Translations under genes and position numbers: made by a program
Notes under the pieces: model-generated
Told to the model about the DNA's origin: nothing
Seen by the model: the letters and a program-made list of their open reading frames with translations, nothing else
Database searches by the model: none
In this document: one piece after another, positions 50,431 to 61,758 of the stretch
Layout: each line of letters begins with the position of its first letter
Position numbering within the stretch: position 1 is the stretch's first letter
Assembly (NCBI GenBank): GCA_964106645.2
Contig: OZ067051.1
Reading direction: 5' to 3' (one strand)
Source of the DNA: Podarcis pityusensis
Taxonomy: Eukaryota
DNA: 64,000 bases

Positions 50431-50465
50431 TTCTTGCTACCCACTTCTTCCTCCTGCTTCCACAG

Positions 50466-50618
50466 GCTCCACCAGCTCCTCTTTGTGTGAGCACTGGGTG
50501 AGTCGACTCCCAGGCAGCAAGCAACCCAGCATTGCCTCTGCGGCTTCCTCCCGGCGCACTTCCCTAGCCTCCCTCTCGGAGTCCGTGGAGCTGATGGGAG
50601 AAAGGAGCGAAGATGACG
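50466..50618 (+). CDS. USP31: USP31 exon 15 (GSTSSSLCEHWVSRLPGS...ERSEDD)
   Basis: cacAG/GTGAGT; 153 nt. Confidence 0.94.
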
Positions 50619-51419
50619 GTGAGTGTGAGGGCTGCATGCAGTTGGCGAGTGGCTCTGCCACACCTCACTTTGAATGTTGATGGCAGGGGATCCCTTGCAG
50701 AGCACTGGGTTCCTCCTCTGCAGCTCAGCCACCCTGAGGGTCACCAGCTTTGCCCGAGGGACTGTGAAGAGGGGTGCTGAGGCAGAAAAACCAGCAGCAA
50801 CAGGGAATTCCTTCCTCCAGAAAATGAGCAGAAACCAGGGAGAAAGGGATGTTGCTGGTATTTTCAGGCCACCGTCTTCACTGCCTTCTTTCTCTCCACA
50901 TCTCAGTGCTGGCATGCGCTAGGTATGTCTGTCCTCTGATGTCTGATGGGAGCAGGTATCCTCTTCTGAGGAGTTTCCCTTTCTCTAGCTTCTACCCCTG
51001 GGTCATCCTTGGCCTTGCAGTGTTCTGCTCAAAGCTGGGAGAGCAATGAGAATGTCTCCTGCAGAATGAACAGCTTCCCAGCACCGTTCCTCAGAGGCTA
51101 GTGGGGAAGTTTCCTGTGACCTTTGTGCTAGCACATCTGTCTCCTGCCAGCAAATGAAAGAGGTGTGGACAGAATTCTTGCTTTTCTGAATTATGGATGC
51201 TGCATTGGGCCCTTGGTATTCAGTACACAGACGGGAGGAACTTACTCTAGATTGATGTTTTGCCTTCTGAGAATTGCTTTGGCTGCTGCTGCCACCCTCA
51301 GTTGTCCCCTGGCAGCAGGGTGTCCTTCAGGGGAGGGTCTCCTGATTTCTCAGCCCATGAAAGAGCTTTGATAGGTTGGCAAGGAAGTTACCATGTTGGC
51401 ACAGTTTCCAGAGCGGGAG

Positions 51420-51421
<2 letters not shown>

Positions 51422-51451
<30 letters not shown>
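51422..51451. repeat. (GT)n microsatellite
   Basis: Direct read; another (CA)n at ~2605-2629. Confidence 0.95.
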
Positions 51452-51453
<2 letters not shown>

Positions 51454-51756
51454 CATTTGTTTTAAAATGTGCACTCTGCTGTTCACTGCATCTGGGTTGC
51501 AAAGCAGCTTGTGACAAAACACAGTATGCAAATTAAAACATCGGAGAATGAAATGTGCTCCCGAAACAAACGCATTGTAGCTTCTTGTATGAAATAGACA
51601 GAGCCACAGAAACTCAACGTATGAAAGCAATTATAAAAGCACGGGGGGGGGGGGGGCGGGAATCAGTGAAATGCGTTTTAGAATGGCTTCCTTGCTTGTG
51701 CATGTGTCCATGCTCTGTTTGTGTATTTGGCTACCATGTTCCTCTGTGCTCCACAG

Positions 51757-53339
51757 GTGGCTTTTCCACCCGCCCCTTTGTGAGGAGTGTCCAGCGCCAG
51801 AGCCTGTCTTCCAGGTCCTCCGTGACCAGCCCCTTGGCCGTGAGCGAGAACGGGATCCGCCCCTCGTGGTCGCTGTCAGCGAAGCTGCAGATGCGCTCCA
51901 GCTCGCCTTCCCGCTTCTCTGGGGACTCTCCGGTTCACAGCTCGGCTTCCACCCTTGAGAGGATTGGGGAGTCTGCGGACGACAAAGTCTCCACCTCATG
52001 CTTTAGCAGCCTGAGGAGTCTCTCTGGAAGCCACATTGAGTCCAGCGAGAGCAGCGGCCGGCAGGAGCACCCCACGGCAGGCAGAGCTCCCCTGGCAGTC
52101 ATGGAGGGCGTCTTCAGAGACGAAGTGCCCGGGCGAAAGCCAGGCTCGGGCACGGACTCCTACAGCAAGACTCTGTCGCAGGCAGACAGGAACTGCCCCG
52201 CCCTGGATCCTTTCGATAACAACAACCAGATCGCTTTTGTTGACCAGAGTGATTCTGTTGAGAGCTCTCCAGTCAAGGAGGGGAGAAGCTTCAGTGGAAT
52301 GTCCAAGGCAGACAGCAGCCCCCAAAAGGCAGCCCACCCCAAAGACACATTGGAGTCAGACAGAAGCTCCAGGAAAGGCAGGACAGATTCCCCAGTGTCC
52401 TGCCAACCGGCAGCCCCGCTCCTTCCCTCCAAGAGTTTGCCGAAGGGGTCCCGGACCAGGAGCAAGCTGAACTCTGGCCGGGCTAGTGGGCGGCACGGCT
52501 CTCCTGCCCCCTCTGGGCAGGGCAGGAAGGAGGCTGGCTCAAAGGGCCAAGAGGCTGCCAGTAACACCTCTGCTGAGCATCAGAAGCAAAAACCTGCTTC
52601 CTCCTCTTCCTCCACCGCGACGAGAAGAAACTCCTCGGGGTCGTCCGTGCGGGGGCACAACACCCCCACGAGCAAAAACAGGACTTCGGAGCACAGCCTC
52701 AGCAGGGAGGGCTCCAAGCTCAGCCTCAGCTCAGACAAGGCTGGCGTTACCACCGGTTCGCGGACGGGCTCTCCACGGATCAGCCAGTCGCGGAGCGAGG
52801 GCAGGAGGCCGGACGGCAAGCACGTGCGCAGCTCCTCCATGGCCAGTCTCCGTTCACCCACCACAGGCGCCCCCCGTGCCAGCCTGAGGAGGGACAGCAA
52901 GTCGGAAGAAAAGGGACTTTCTTTCTTCAAGTCTGCCCTGCGCCAGAAGGAAAGCCGGAGGTCGGCCGACCTAGGCAAGACCACCATGCTGTCGAAAAAG
53001 ATGGCGAGCAGCTCCTCCAAAGCTGCCAGCAAGAACTTGCTTGAGGAGAAGCTGGAGAAGAGTGGTGGTGGTGGCGGCAGCGGCAGCGGCAGCGGCAGCC
53101 TCTCCCAGCCTCCGAATGCCCTCCCCTCGAACGCCACCCCGGCTTCTGCAAAAGACAACCCCTCTCCTGCCAAACACTCGCTGCTCACGAACCGCAAATC
53201 CAAGTCTTCCCAGCTGGAGGCCAACCCCCCGCAGTCGCCCAGCAGTGGCAAGCAGGCAGCCGACAAGGCCTTGCGCAAACTTCCTCCCAGCATGCCCTCC
53301 TCTGCACGGCCGCCGCCAGCCTCTTCGAAATCTCAGTGA
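51757..53339 (+). CDS. USP31: USP31 exon 16 coding part (Ser-rich C-terminal tail, GGFSTRPFVRSVQRQS...SSKSQ*)
   Basis: cacAG acceptor at 51755-51756; open to TGA at 53337-53339; conserved KSEEKGLSFFKSALRQKE; summed CDS is 4251 nt, in frame. Confidence 0.96.
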
Positions 53340-54758
53340 TTGGCTGCTGCTGCTGCTACTGCTGCTGCTCTTCCTCCTCCTCCTCCTGCAATCCAATTGG
53401 GTTGGTTTCCTCCTTTGCTTCTTTTTGTTCATGTGCCTAACGTGTTTGAAGAAAACTTGACTACTGTTCAAGCGCCTTTCGACTCCGCCATCGTACCAAA
53501 TAACTACAGGCTGCCGCTGGTATTTTGTAGCGGGCTTGTGGGGAGGGGGGGTGCTCGCCAAAGGACATTGTCATCATCTTCTCTCTTCCCTCTGCCTCAA
53601 CCCCACAGCAGAACTGCAGTCTGCACAGAAGCCTTCTTGGGGAGCCTTACCACTTTTCTCTCTGAAGAGGGACTCTGGATTATGTCAATGGCCAGCTGTG
53701 TCCATGTTGAAAAAGCTACCGCTTCTGTCCCTTGCAGTGTGTGTGTGTCACTGAGCAGGCTGAAGCATTGCTCTGTGAGCTGCAAAGGGAAACCGTGAAA
53801 AGCAAGACGATCATCCTGTTCTGCTGTGTGTCCCTCCTCCCCAGGCCATGTCTCCTCCCCCGCCTTCTGCCCCCCCCCCCCAGCACCCCATTTCCCAAGC
53901 TTCTTAAAGGGCAATATTTCAACTCTAATGTTATTTCTCAGGTAAGCGCTCAGCCAGTACTGGAGGGAACAGAAGATTCTGGAGGGAAAGGTGCATTCTC
54001 TCTCATAGAGGGGTGTATGTGTGTACGTCAGAGAAGTCTGCTTTTAAGTGTGTCTGTCTGTTTCTGATTTTTTTTTCCATTCCAGCAGATTTCTGTATGT
54101 TTGGAATTTTCATTTTTTAAAAAAGTCTGTCCTGCTTGACTCTTATCTGTTCAGAGGTGTCTTCTCGAAAGAGGGAGGGACCAGTTGGCAGCCTGGAAAT
54201 CAGCAGGTTGGGCCTGGAACTTCTGCAGAGTGGAAGGGGGTGGTTCATGGAATTGTAGAATTGTAGAATTGGAATGGACCCAAAGGGTCTTTTAGTCTGA
54301 CCTCCTGCCCTGCAGCAATCGTCGCATCACAGGTTAGGTGGAAGGAGGTTGCGTCTGTGTGATGAGCATATTCTGTAGTCCGCATGGAAGAATGCTTGAC
54401 TGCACACACACACACATTCTTTTTATGGAGCTGTGGATCAGTTGTTCCTGCACTCCATGCTGGAGGAAGGAGGCATTTAAGCTTTTGTAAGTCCTAGCTG
54501 GAACTAGGCTCCTGCTGCCCTTCCTCAAATCCTTTGGTCCTCACTCTTCTTGCTCCTCATCTGCCATGTGGCTTTGGAATGAATGGCCACTCTGAAGCCT
54601 TGGGAGGGGGGCACCTTTGTGCCTCACTGTTAGGCAAACTGTACAATGACTCCCTCCATGCACTCTTCCCTCCCTTGGCTCATTGCTCTTATTCCCATGA
54701 TCTTTCAGTGGATTTTAAGCTTACAGTGCCCACCTGCTTGTTGCCATTTCTTTTGGCA

Positions 54759-54897
54759 CAGGTGTGGGGAACCTTTGGCTTTCCAGATTATGCTGAGCTA
54801 CAACTCCCTTCAGCCCCTAGCAAGTATGACTGAACAGCTGAGGTGATGGAAGTTGTAGTTCAGCAGTTTCTGAAGGCCCAGAGGTTCCCCATATCTG
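54759..54897. mobile_element. Palindromic MITE in the probable USP31 3'UTR
   Basis: CAGGTGTGGGGAACCT...AGGTTCCCCATATCTG with ~50-bp inverted arms. Confidence 0.75.
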
Positions 54898-55826
54898 CTT
54901 CAGCCCGAGTTGGCAGCCTGCTTGCCTCCTGCAGCCTTCGGCTTGAGCAGGGAACTTTGCAGAGGCGTCGCTGACAAGCTGTGCCTTTTGTCTTTTTTAA
55001 TGCCGGGCGGCAGATGGGTTCCTTCCCTTGGCCATGTCATCTCATTGAGGCATGAAGCCTCTGCCTGTTTGAAGGTTTAGTTAACAAGACTTCAGCTCCT
55101 GAATGCAGCAGCTCCTTCCATGGTTTATTATTCCCTTTGCACTGCCTTGGGCTTGTCTTTGTTCAGCTGGGGCTGACACTGCCATGGCCCTAAGTGGTAG
55201 ATCCCACTGCACAGCCAGGTTATCATCTCCTCCTCCTCACCTAGGAACAAAGGATCTTGGGTCTTTGGGTCTGCTTCTGAGTGCCACGGGCAGCCTTGAA
55301 AGGTGGCAGGTAAGGCATTCGTCTTATACCTGGGTTGTGTTTCCAGTTGCTGAGCTGTGAACAGGTAGGCTGCAGCCCCATGGGAACTGACACCTGGCAA
55401 AACCCCTCCTCACACTGCCTGCAGTTTGGCTGCTATGGGGCAACAACACATCTCCTTCCCCCCGCCCCCAACCCTTGTGCCCACCTGTAGGTTAAAACAG
55501 GAGCTTTTGTGTGCTCAGCTCTTAGGTTGCCAAGCTCACCCCCTTTGCTTTTAGATGTTCCTGTTTCTCAAGTAGTGAGGCACTACAGTTAGAAGAAAAA
55601 TGTCTGGTTCCTGGAGAAAGGACTGTCTTGGGGGGTGACCTCAGCATGTCCCATGAAACATGATGGGCACAGGATGCCTTAGGCCAGCCTTGGTGAATAT
55701 GGCGCTGCTGCTGGGATATGGACCTTGACCCCTTCTCCTGCCCCACTGGCAGTGTGTGTGTTTAGTGGTACGTGTGGGGGTGAGCGATTGCTTTCATTGC
55801 CCTTTTGTCAAAGGGACCTTGCTAAG

Positions 55827-55874
55827 CTTTGTGGGGTTTCCTTTTTGTTCCTTTGTGGGGTTTCCTTTTTGTTC
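55827..55874. repeat. Perfect 24-bp tandem duplication
   Basis: CTTTGTGGGGTTTCCTTTTTGTTC x2. Confidence 0.95.
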
Positions 55875-58426
55875 CTTTGGCCTGGGCCACTTCCTTGTGT
55901 TGGGCTGGTTGCCAGTTTTTCATTGGCCAGCAGATCTCCCCTCATTTAGGAAGAGCTGCGACTCTCTGATCTTCAGCAGACTTCTAGGCCCTTAGCGCTG
56001 TCTCTTCTTTTTTAAGAAAGGACACAATTTCATCTCCCTTGGCTTTAGATCCAGGAGGACCGTGGGATTAAATTTAGGCCTCTCCTGACATGCAGCTCTG
56101 CAGTTCTCTTTGGGAGTAGGGGTTGGTGGAGTAACTAATTCAAGGCTCCCCTGAATAGGGAGGAAATTGAGCCCCCCTCCCTGCCTCCCCTGCACACCCA
56201 GCTCCATTCAAATGGCCCGAAAGCCTGTTTCTTCCTAATTCCATGAATGACACCTAGTCACCCTTCTAGTTGCAGGAAGGTTGAGTTCTGCATCTCGGAA
56301 GGCTTCCCATCCTTTGGGGCTAGATTTTTGGAGAGTGTTTATAATTAGTATGCACATTCTAAGCACATATCCAAGGGATTGTATTATAGAGGCACCTTGG
56401 ACTTCATGTTGCTTGTACTTGGTGGGCGAGATGGTGCCAACAGCCACTCTTTGTAGCCATGGCAAAGCACCTCACTTTTAGCTTCTGTCTTTTCAGATGT
56501 ATCTATGGCTCAATGCGACTGAGTTGGACTAATCATTTTAGGTAGAGAGTGAACCTCCATGTTCCAGACACATTTAACCTAGTTTTGTAGGCTCTTCTCT
56601 GCTTGGCAGTGCTGAATTTCTTTAGCATGGTTGACCACTTATCTCTCTTGCCCCCACTCCCCAAAAAGCCCACAATGAAGGTAACATGCATGGCCCTTCC
56701 CTTTGCCCCCCCCCCGCTCACGCATGACCATGTTAACTATGCAAGCAGCTAAAGCTAAGCTAAACCAGGCTGCCCCTGTCACTGCTGCTGCCCAACTGAT
56801 GCCCACCTAAGCTTGGACTGGAGCTCTCAGCCCACCCCTGGAGCAGCCTGAGGGACGAAGGGTCCCAGTTTCTGGCACCCACAACCCTCTCCTTCGTACA
56901 GCTCTTTTGTTTACTGATGTTTTTGGGGAGGGGGTACGGAAGTTACCTTGGAGTATTTAAAAGGTTGCAGGTGATTTCTCCCTGTTCTTTCTGAGGGTGC
57001 ATTTTTGTTTCCAGATGTGAGCAACCTGCTGTTTTCAAAGGGGCTCCCAGCCATTTGAGGGATGCTGCTAGCAGCTGGCAGCCTCTTTAAGGAGCAGATA
57101 TCTGTGATGGCAGAAGGGCTCCTTCCCACCATAACACAGCTTCTCTGGAGCCAGCTTTTTGGGTGTGTGCGTGGTGGCAAAGCAGGACTCTCCAGTCCCC
57201 CTTAGTTTCGTGTTGGTGCAAGGAAGAGCTGGCTGCAGAGCTGGGAAGGTCTGAGAGGAACCTCCTCTGGTTTCTGGGAATGAGGCCCCACGGAGCTTTG
57301 TTGCAAAGAGAGGCGTTGCTCCTTAAATCGGCACCACCCACAGCTCCCAGGCAGCTCCTGCACAGGAGGAGGAAGGGGAGCAAGGGAAAGAGGAGGAGGT
57401 TTTTCCACCATTCTGGAAGCTCTCATCAGCAGTCAAGGAAGCGTTTTTGTTTTGAAATGCCAGTTCAAATCATGTTAAGGGCAATCCTCTTTTTGGCTTT
57501 GCTGTCATTTGCCTGTTAATCCGCAGCAACTTGTCAGGGGTCCAACATTATCTGCAGAAGCAACTGAAATTTAGTTCTAATCTGCGGTGAGATGGAAGTA
57601 CTACATGGCTTTCCTTAATTATTAAAAAAAAGTAAAAAACAAAAAAACAAACAAACCAAAAATCCATTAGCATGCAGGGGGTTGGATTTGACAGAATGAA
57701 GGATGAAATGTAAATTCCAACACCCACTTTTTTTCCTTTTTACAAGCATTAAGCCAACCTGATTTGAATGCTGGGTGCTGAAATGGTTTGATTGGGCCCA
57801 AAATGAATTCTCTGCAACACAGCACGTGGGGGCTGGTTGCAAGAGGCAATTTGGAAAGTCTTCCCTCTTGCCTTTTCTAACTTCTTTTTTTTATTATTAA
57901 ACTAAATGTGGCACTTGCTGCATTTGCATCCTGGGCCCCCAGAACTGGAAGTGGTATCCAGAGAATTCATTTCCTCGGCTGCTGCTCACCAGTCGTGCCT
58001 CGTCTCACCTTTGGCTAAAACTGAGTCTTCAGTGCCATTCCAAAAACTGTGAGCCTCAAACACTGGACACGCTTTCCTGTCTGACAGCTGGAGTTGCATG
58101 TTACATCACAGGATGCTTCCTTCCTCCTCTCTCTCTCTCTTTCTCACCCCCTTATTCCTATCAAGAATTTCTAAGTTTTTTTAAAAACTGTACAGTACTC
58201 TGGGAGGGAGGCTGTGTCTCTTCTTGGGGTGGAACCATTACTATGTACCATAAGAGGGTTTTAACTTATTTGACGGCAAGTGCATGAGACTGTGTCAATG
58301 CCTTTTATTTATTTGTATGCACTTTTAATATGCAGAATTTATATTTTTATGTTTTAAAAAATCATTTCCTGTCAGGAAGAAGAGTTTGGATACAAGGTAT
58401 TGGATGATTTAAAAGTGGGAAAATGT

Positions 58427-58442
58427 AATAAAGTACAATAAA
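58427..58442 (+). terminator. Tandem AATAAA polyadenylation signals; probable end of a ~5.1 kb USP31 3'UTR
   Basis: AATAAA at 58427 and 58437, preceded by an AU-rich tract and followed by GU/U-rich tgtgttttttt at ~58466. Confidence 0.7.
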
Positions 58443-58786
58443 TTTATTACAGGGCATTGCCTGAATGTGTTTTTTTCTCCACCAGATTTTGTAGCACCTT
58501 CTCTCTGAGCAGAGCAGGCTGCCATATCAGACCGCTGGCCCATCTGGTCTGCACTGATGGGTAACAGTGGCTCTCCAGGGTTTCAGGCTGGGTATCACTG
58601 GAGACACAAGGGACTGAGACTGCTGGGATGTCATGAATGCAGAGGAGTGGTGGGAGGCACTAGCTGGGGAACCCCACTGTGTGTGGTATATTTGGGGGGG
58701 TAGCCAAGGTGGGTGGGGAGACATGTTGGTAAACACTTTAAACAATCACGCCATTTCTATGGTTCTCTTAAGCCTGAGCCTCTTCC

Positions 58787-58805
58787 TTGCCACCAGATGG
58801 CGCTT
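58787..58805 (+). promoter_or_regulatory. Candidate CTCF site
   Basis: TTGCCACCAGATGGCGCTT closely matches the CTCF core motif. Confidence 0.55.
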
Positions 58806-60299
58806 ATGCCTTTGTGCCACCACTAGAGATGGAGTGTTGGCTGGCTAGCTGGCTGTCTACTAGGCCAGGAATTGTACTCTGAGCCAGAGCTGGCTGTAGC
58901 TGATGGGAATCAAAGTCCAACAACAAATGGAGAGCCACAGTTTAGGACGAGTTGAGGGAATAATGCAAGAAGAGGTCTGAGTGGGGCCCACTTGCCTGCC
59001 AATAGAAGGAGCTGCCAACTGGTGCATCCACTCATAGAATCATAGAATTGTAGAGCTGAAAGGGTCACCTAATTGAACCCCCTACAATGCAGGAATCGCA
59101 GCTAACAAATCCCTGACTCGTAGCTTTCCAAGCATCTTCCCAGAAGAGACCTTTCCTGGTGTGCCTGGCCTGGTGTGCAGTGTGGGATGGGGCTGGATAT
59201 TATTTATCTTTTTTTTTACATTTATATTGCACCTTTTTCTTCAAGGAGCTCAAGGTGGCATACATTTTATCCTTGCAACAACCCTGTGAGGTAGACTGCG
59301 AAGTGACTGGCCTTCAAGGTCACCCAGAGAGCTTCATGGCCAAGTGGAGATTCAAACCCTGGTATCCCAGGTCCCTCGTCCAACACCCTTGACTGCTGCA
59401 CCACACAGGCATGCAGTGGAGTCCATGCAAACCATAGCGCCCACCCACAGCGGGCAAGAACTTGTTATGGGACACACTTCCTTTTCTAAGCTCAGTGAGC
59501 TCTGCAGTGCTTTTATCCCACCCCAAAAATCTACCTCCAGCAGTATCCTCCTTGTGGTACCCTGTGCAAGCCCAGCATATGGGGCGAATGGGACATGTCC
59601 AAAACATCTGGAGGGCACCAGATTGCTGAAGGCCATCTTGCAGGTTTCATAGGTGGTCCCAAGGGCCCACCGTTGTCTGAATCTGTATCCAGCCTTGTGA
59701 TGGTAGTGAATGAACAAGTTCTGTGCTGGCTTCTGAGTCAAGCCAGGAGTGAAGGCAAGGCAAGTAAAGGGGTGGCTTTAGGGCAGTGAAGTGGGAGAAT
59801 AATCTAAGCTGTGAGATGCTGTCTGCTTGGAATGAACAGAAGATGTGGATATATTACTCTGGCCCATCTTTTGATTTCAACCAGAAGGAGCATTCGGGGT
59901 GACTGTGCTGCATATTAATTAGAGGAGAAAAAGAGGCCGCCATGTTATTTCTTTACTGCTGTTACATAGGCCAGGGTACAAATGTTACATTAAGGATGCT
60001 GCTGATGTGTTCTGGTGTCCAGGGCAGGAAATTACCATGGCATCCTCTTCTCCAGGTATATGATTAATATAGAGTACAGACCCTGAGCCCCCCCTTCCAC
60101 TGATCCATTGGCCATCGCAGTGGGTGAGGGTGGGCAGCTTCCTCTCTCCTGAAAAGTACATAGATCTAAAGAGGGAAGTTGGGAGAGTGACCCTCCTTCC
60201 CGTTTCCTCTTTCAACCCCTTTGGCTTTTCAAGGCTCAAATTACTTTTACTGGATCTGAACTCTTGGAAAAGCGAAGTGTGCAGACTTTCTGTCTTAGA

Positions 60300-60710
60300 A
60301 ACAGAACCGTAGAGCTAGAAAGGACTCCCCCAACCCCCAGCAGTGCAGGAATCGCACCTAAGAATCCCTGGCAGATGGCCATCCAACTTCTGTTTAAAAA
60401 CCTCTTCCCGATGCTTTGTTGGGATCTCCTTTCCTGTCATTTGAATCCATGGGATTGGGTCCATCTGGAGCAGCAGAAAAAAAGCTTTGTCACCACCCTC
60501 CACATGACAGCCCTTCAGATATTTGAAGATGGCTCTCATACCACCTCTCAGTCTTCTCCAGTCTAAACACCCCAACTCCTTCAACCGTTGCCCATCATGC
60601 TTGGTTCCCAGACCCTTGATCATCTTGGTCACCCTCCTCTGCACACCTTGTTCAGCTTGTCAATATCCTCCTCAAACTGTGATGCCTAGAGCTGGATACA
60701 AGTCTCTTGG
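60300..60710 (-). mobile_element. CR1 LINE 3' fragment
   Basis: QRRVTKMIKGL...RLKELG...RRLRGGMRAIFKYLKGCH. Confidence 0.8.
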
Positions 60711-61532
60711 AGTGGGGCAGGGAGACAAGAAAGGACCAGAGGGGGTGACTCCCATGGGACTTAATCAAAAATCCCAAAGAGCCCCCAGAGGTTGGCACTC
60801 CTGGCATGCAGATATACATTTCCAGAGTTGGCATTTGGACTAAGCTGGCCGCCGTCTGCTGCCGCTTGCCCCTTCCCTTCACCTTGGCTGCAGCCACAGA
60901 GCGGGGCAAACCTCTTCCTGTTTTGATTTCATTTCCAAGCTCATAATTATTTTATGCCACATATGGAAATTGCCGGGACAGATGTCATATTAAAGTGCAA
61001 GGCCATCATTTATTTATAAGTGATTGGGTTATAGCTATATTAATACTGCCTGGGGCAATGCCAAATTAGAGCTAATACAGTTTTATTGTTTATTATATTG
61101 GCCAATATTTTTCCAATTCTGGTAGGGTCTTTTTTTTTTATAGCTCCTTATTGGTTGGATCAGGAGCTGCTGGAAGGAGAGGTGGCGGGGCGGCAGAGGG
61201 TGTGGGGAGAGAGTCCCATGTGAGCTATGGAGACCCTGGATCTCTCTTCCTGATTGCATTGTCTCCTGGACTGGCATTGGCTCTCAGAGGAAGGGGGGGG
61301 AGTGTGTGTGTTTGTGTGGCAGATGTGGGGTGGGGAGGATCAAATCTAGGTCATTGGAGGAGGTTAAGAGCCGGGAGGCAGCTGGGTGGGCAAGCTACTG
61401 CAGGCTCCAGCAGTAGGGGGAGCATGGCTGTCAAATAACATGAAGTCATGGTGGGGGGTGATGTATCCTTAGAGCAGAGGGTTGCTGGCACTGGGTGAGC
61501 TTTGGTTCTCTGTATGTTGTATGAATGCTGTA

Positions 61533-61758
61533 CAGTGGTACCTCGGGTTAAGAACTTAATTCGTTCTGGAGGTCCATTCTTAACCTGAAACTGTTCTTAA
61601 CCTGAGGTATCACTTTAGCTAATGGGGTCTCCCACTGCCGCCAAGTCACCGCCGCGCGATTTCTGTTCTCATCCTGAAGCAAAGTTCTTAACCCGAGGTA
61701 CTATTTCTGGGTTAGTGGAGTCTGTAACCTGAAGCGTCTGCAACCCGAGGTGCCACTG
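61533..61758. mobile_element. Tc1/mariner (Tigger-like) MITE, opposite orientation to 853-1083
   Basis: TA|CAGTGGTACCTCGG...CCGAGGTGCCACTG|TA. Confidence 0.85.

Noticed and set aside
51555-51756. N-terminal part of the 594-aa ORF
   Set aside because: Intronic run-in; the exon starts at the cacAG acceptor (51757), in phase with exon 15.
52580-53293. 237-aa antisense ORF
   Set aside because: Antisense shadow of the Ser-rich USP31 last exon.
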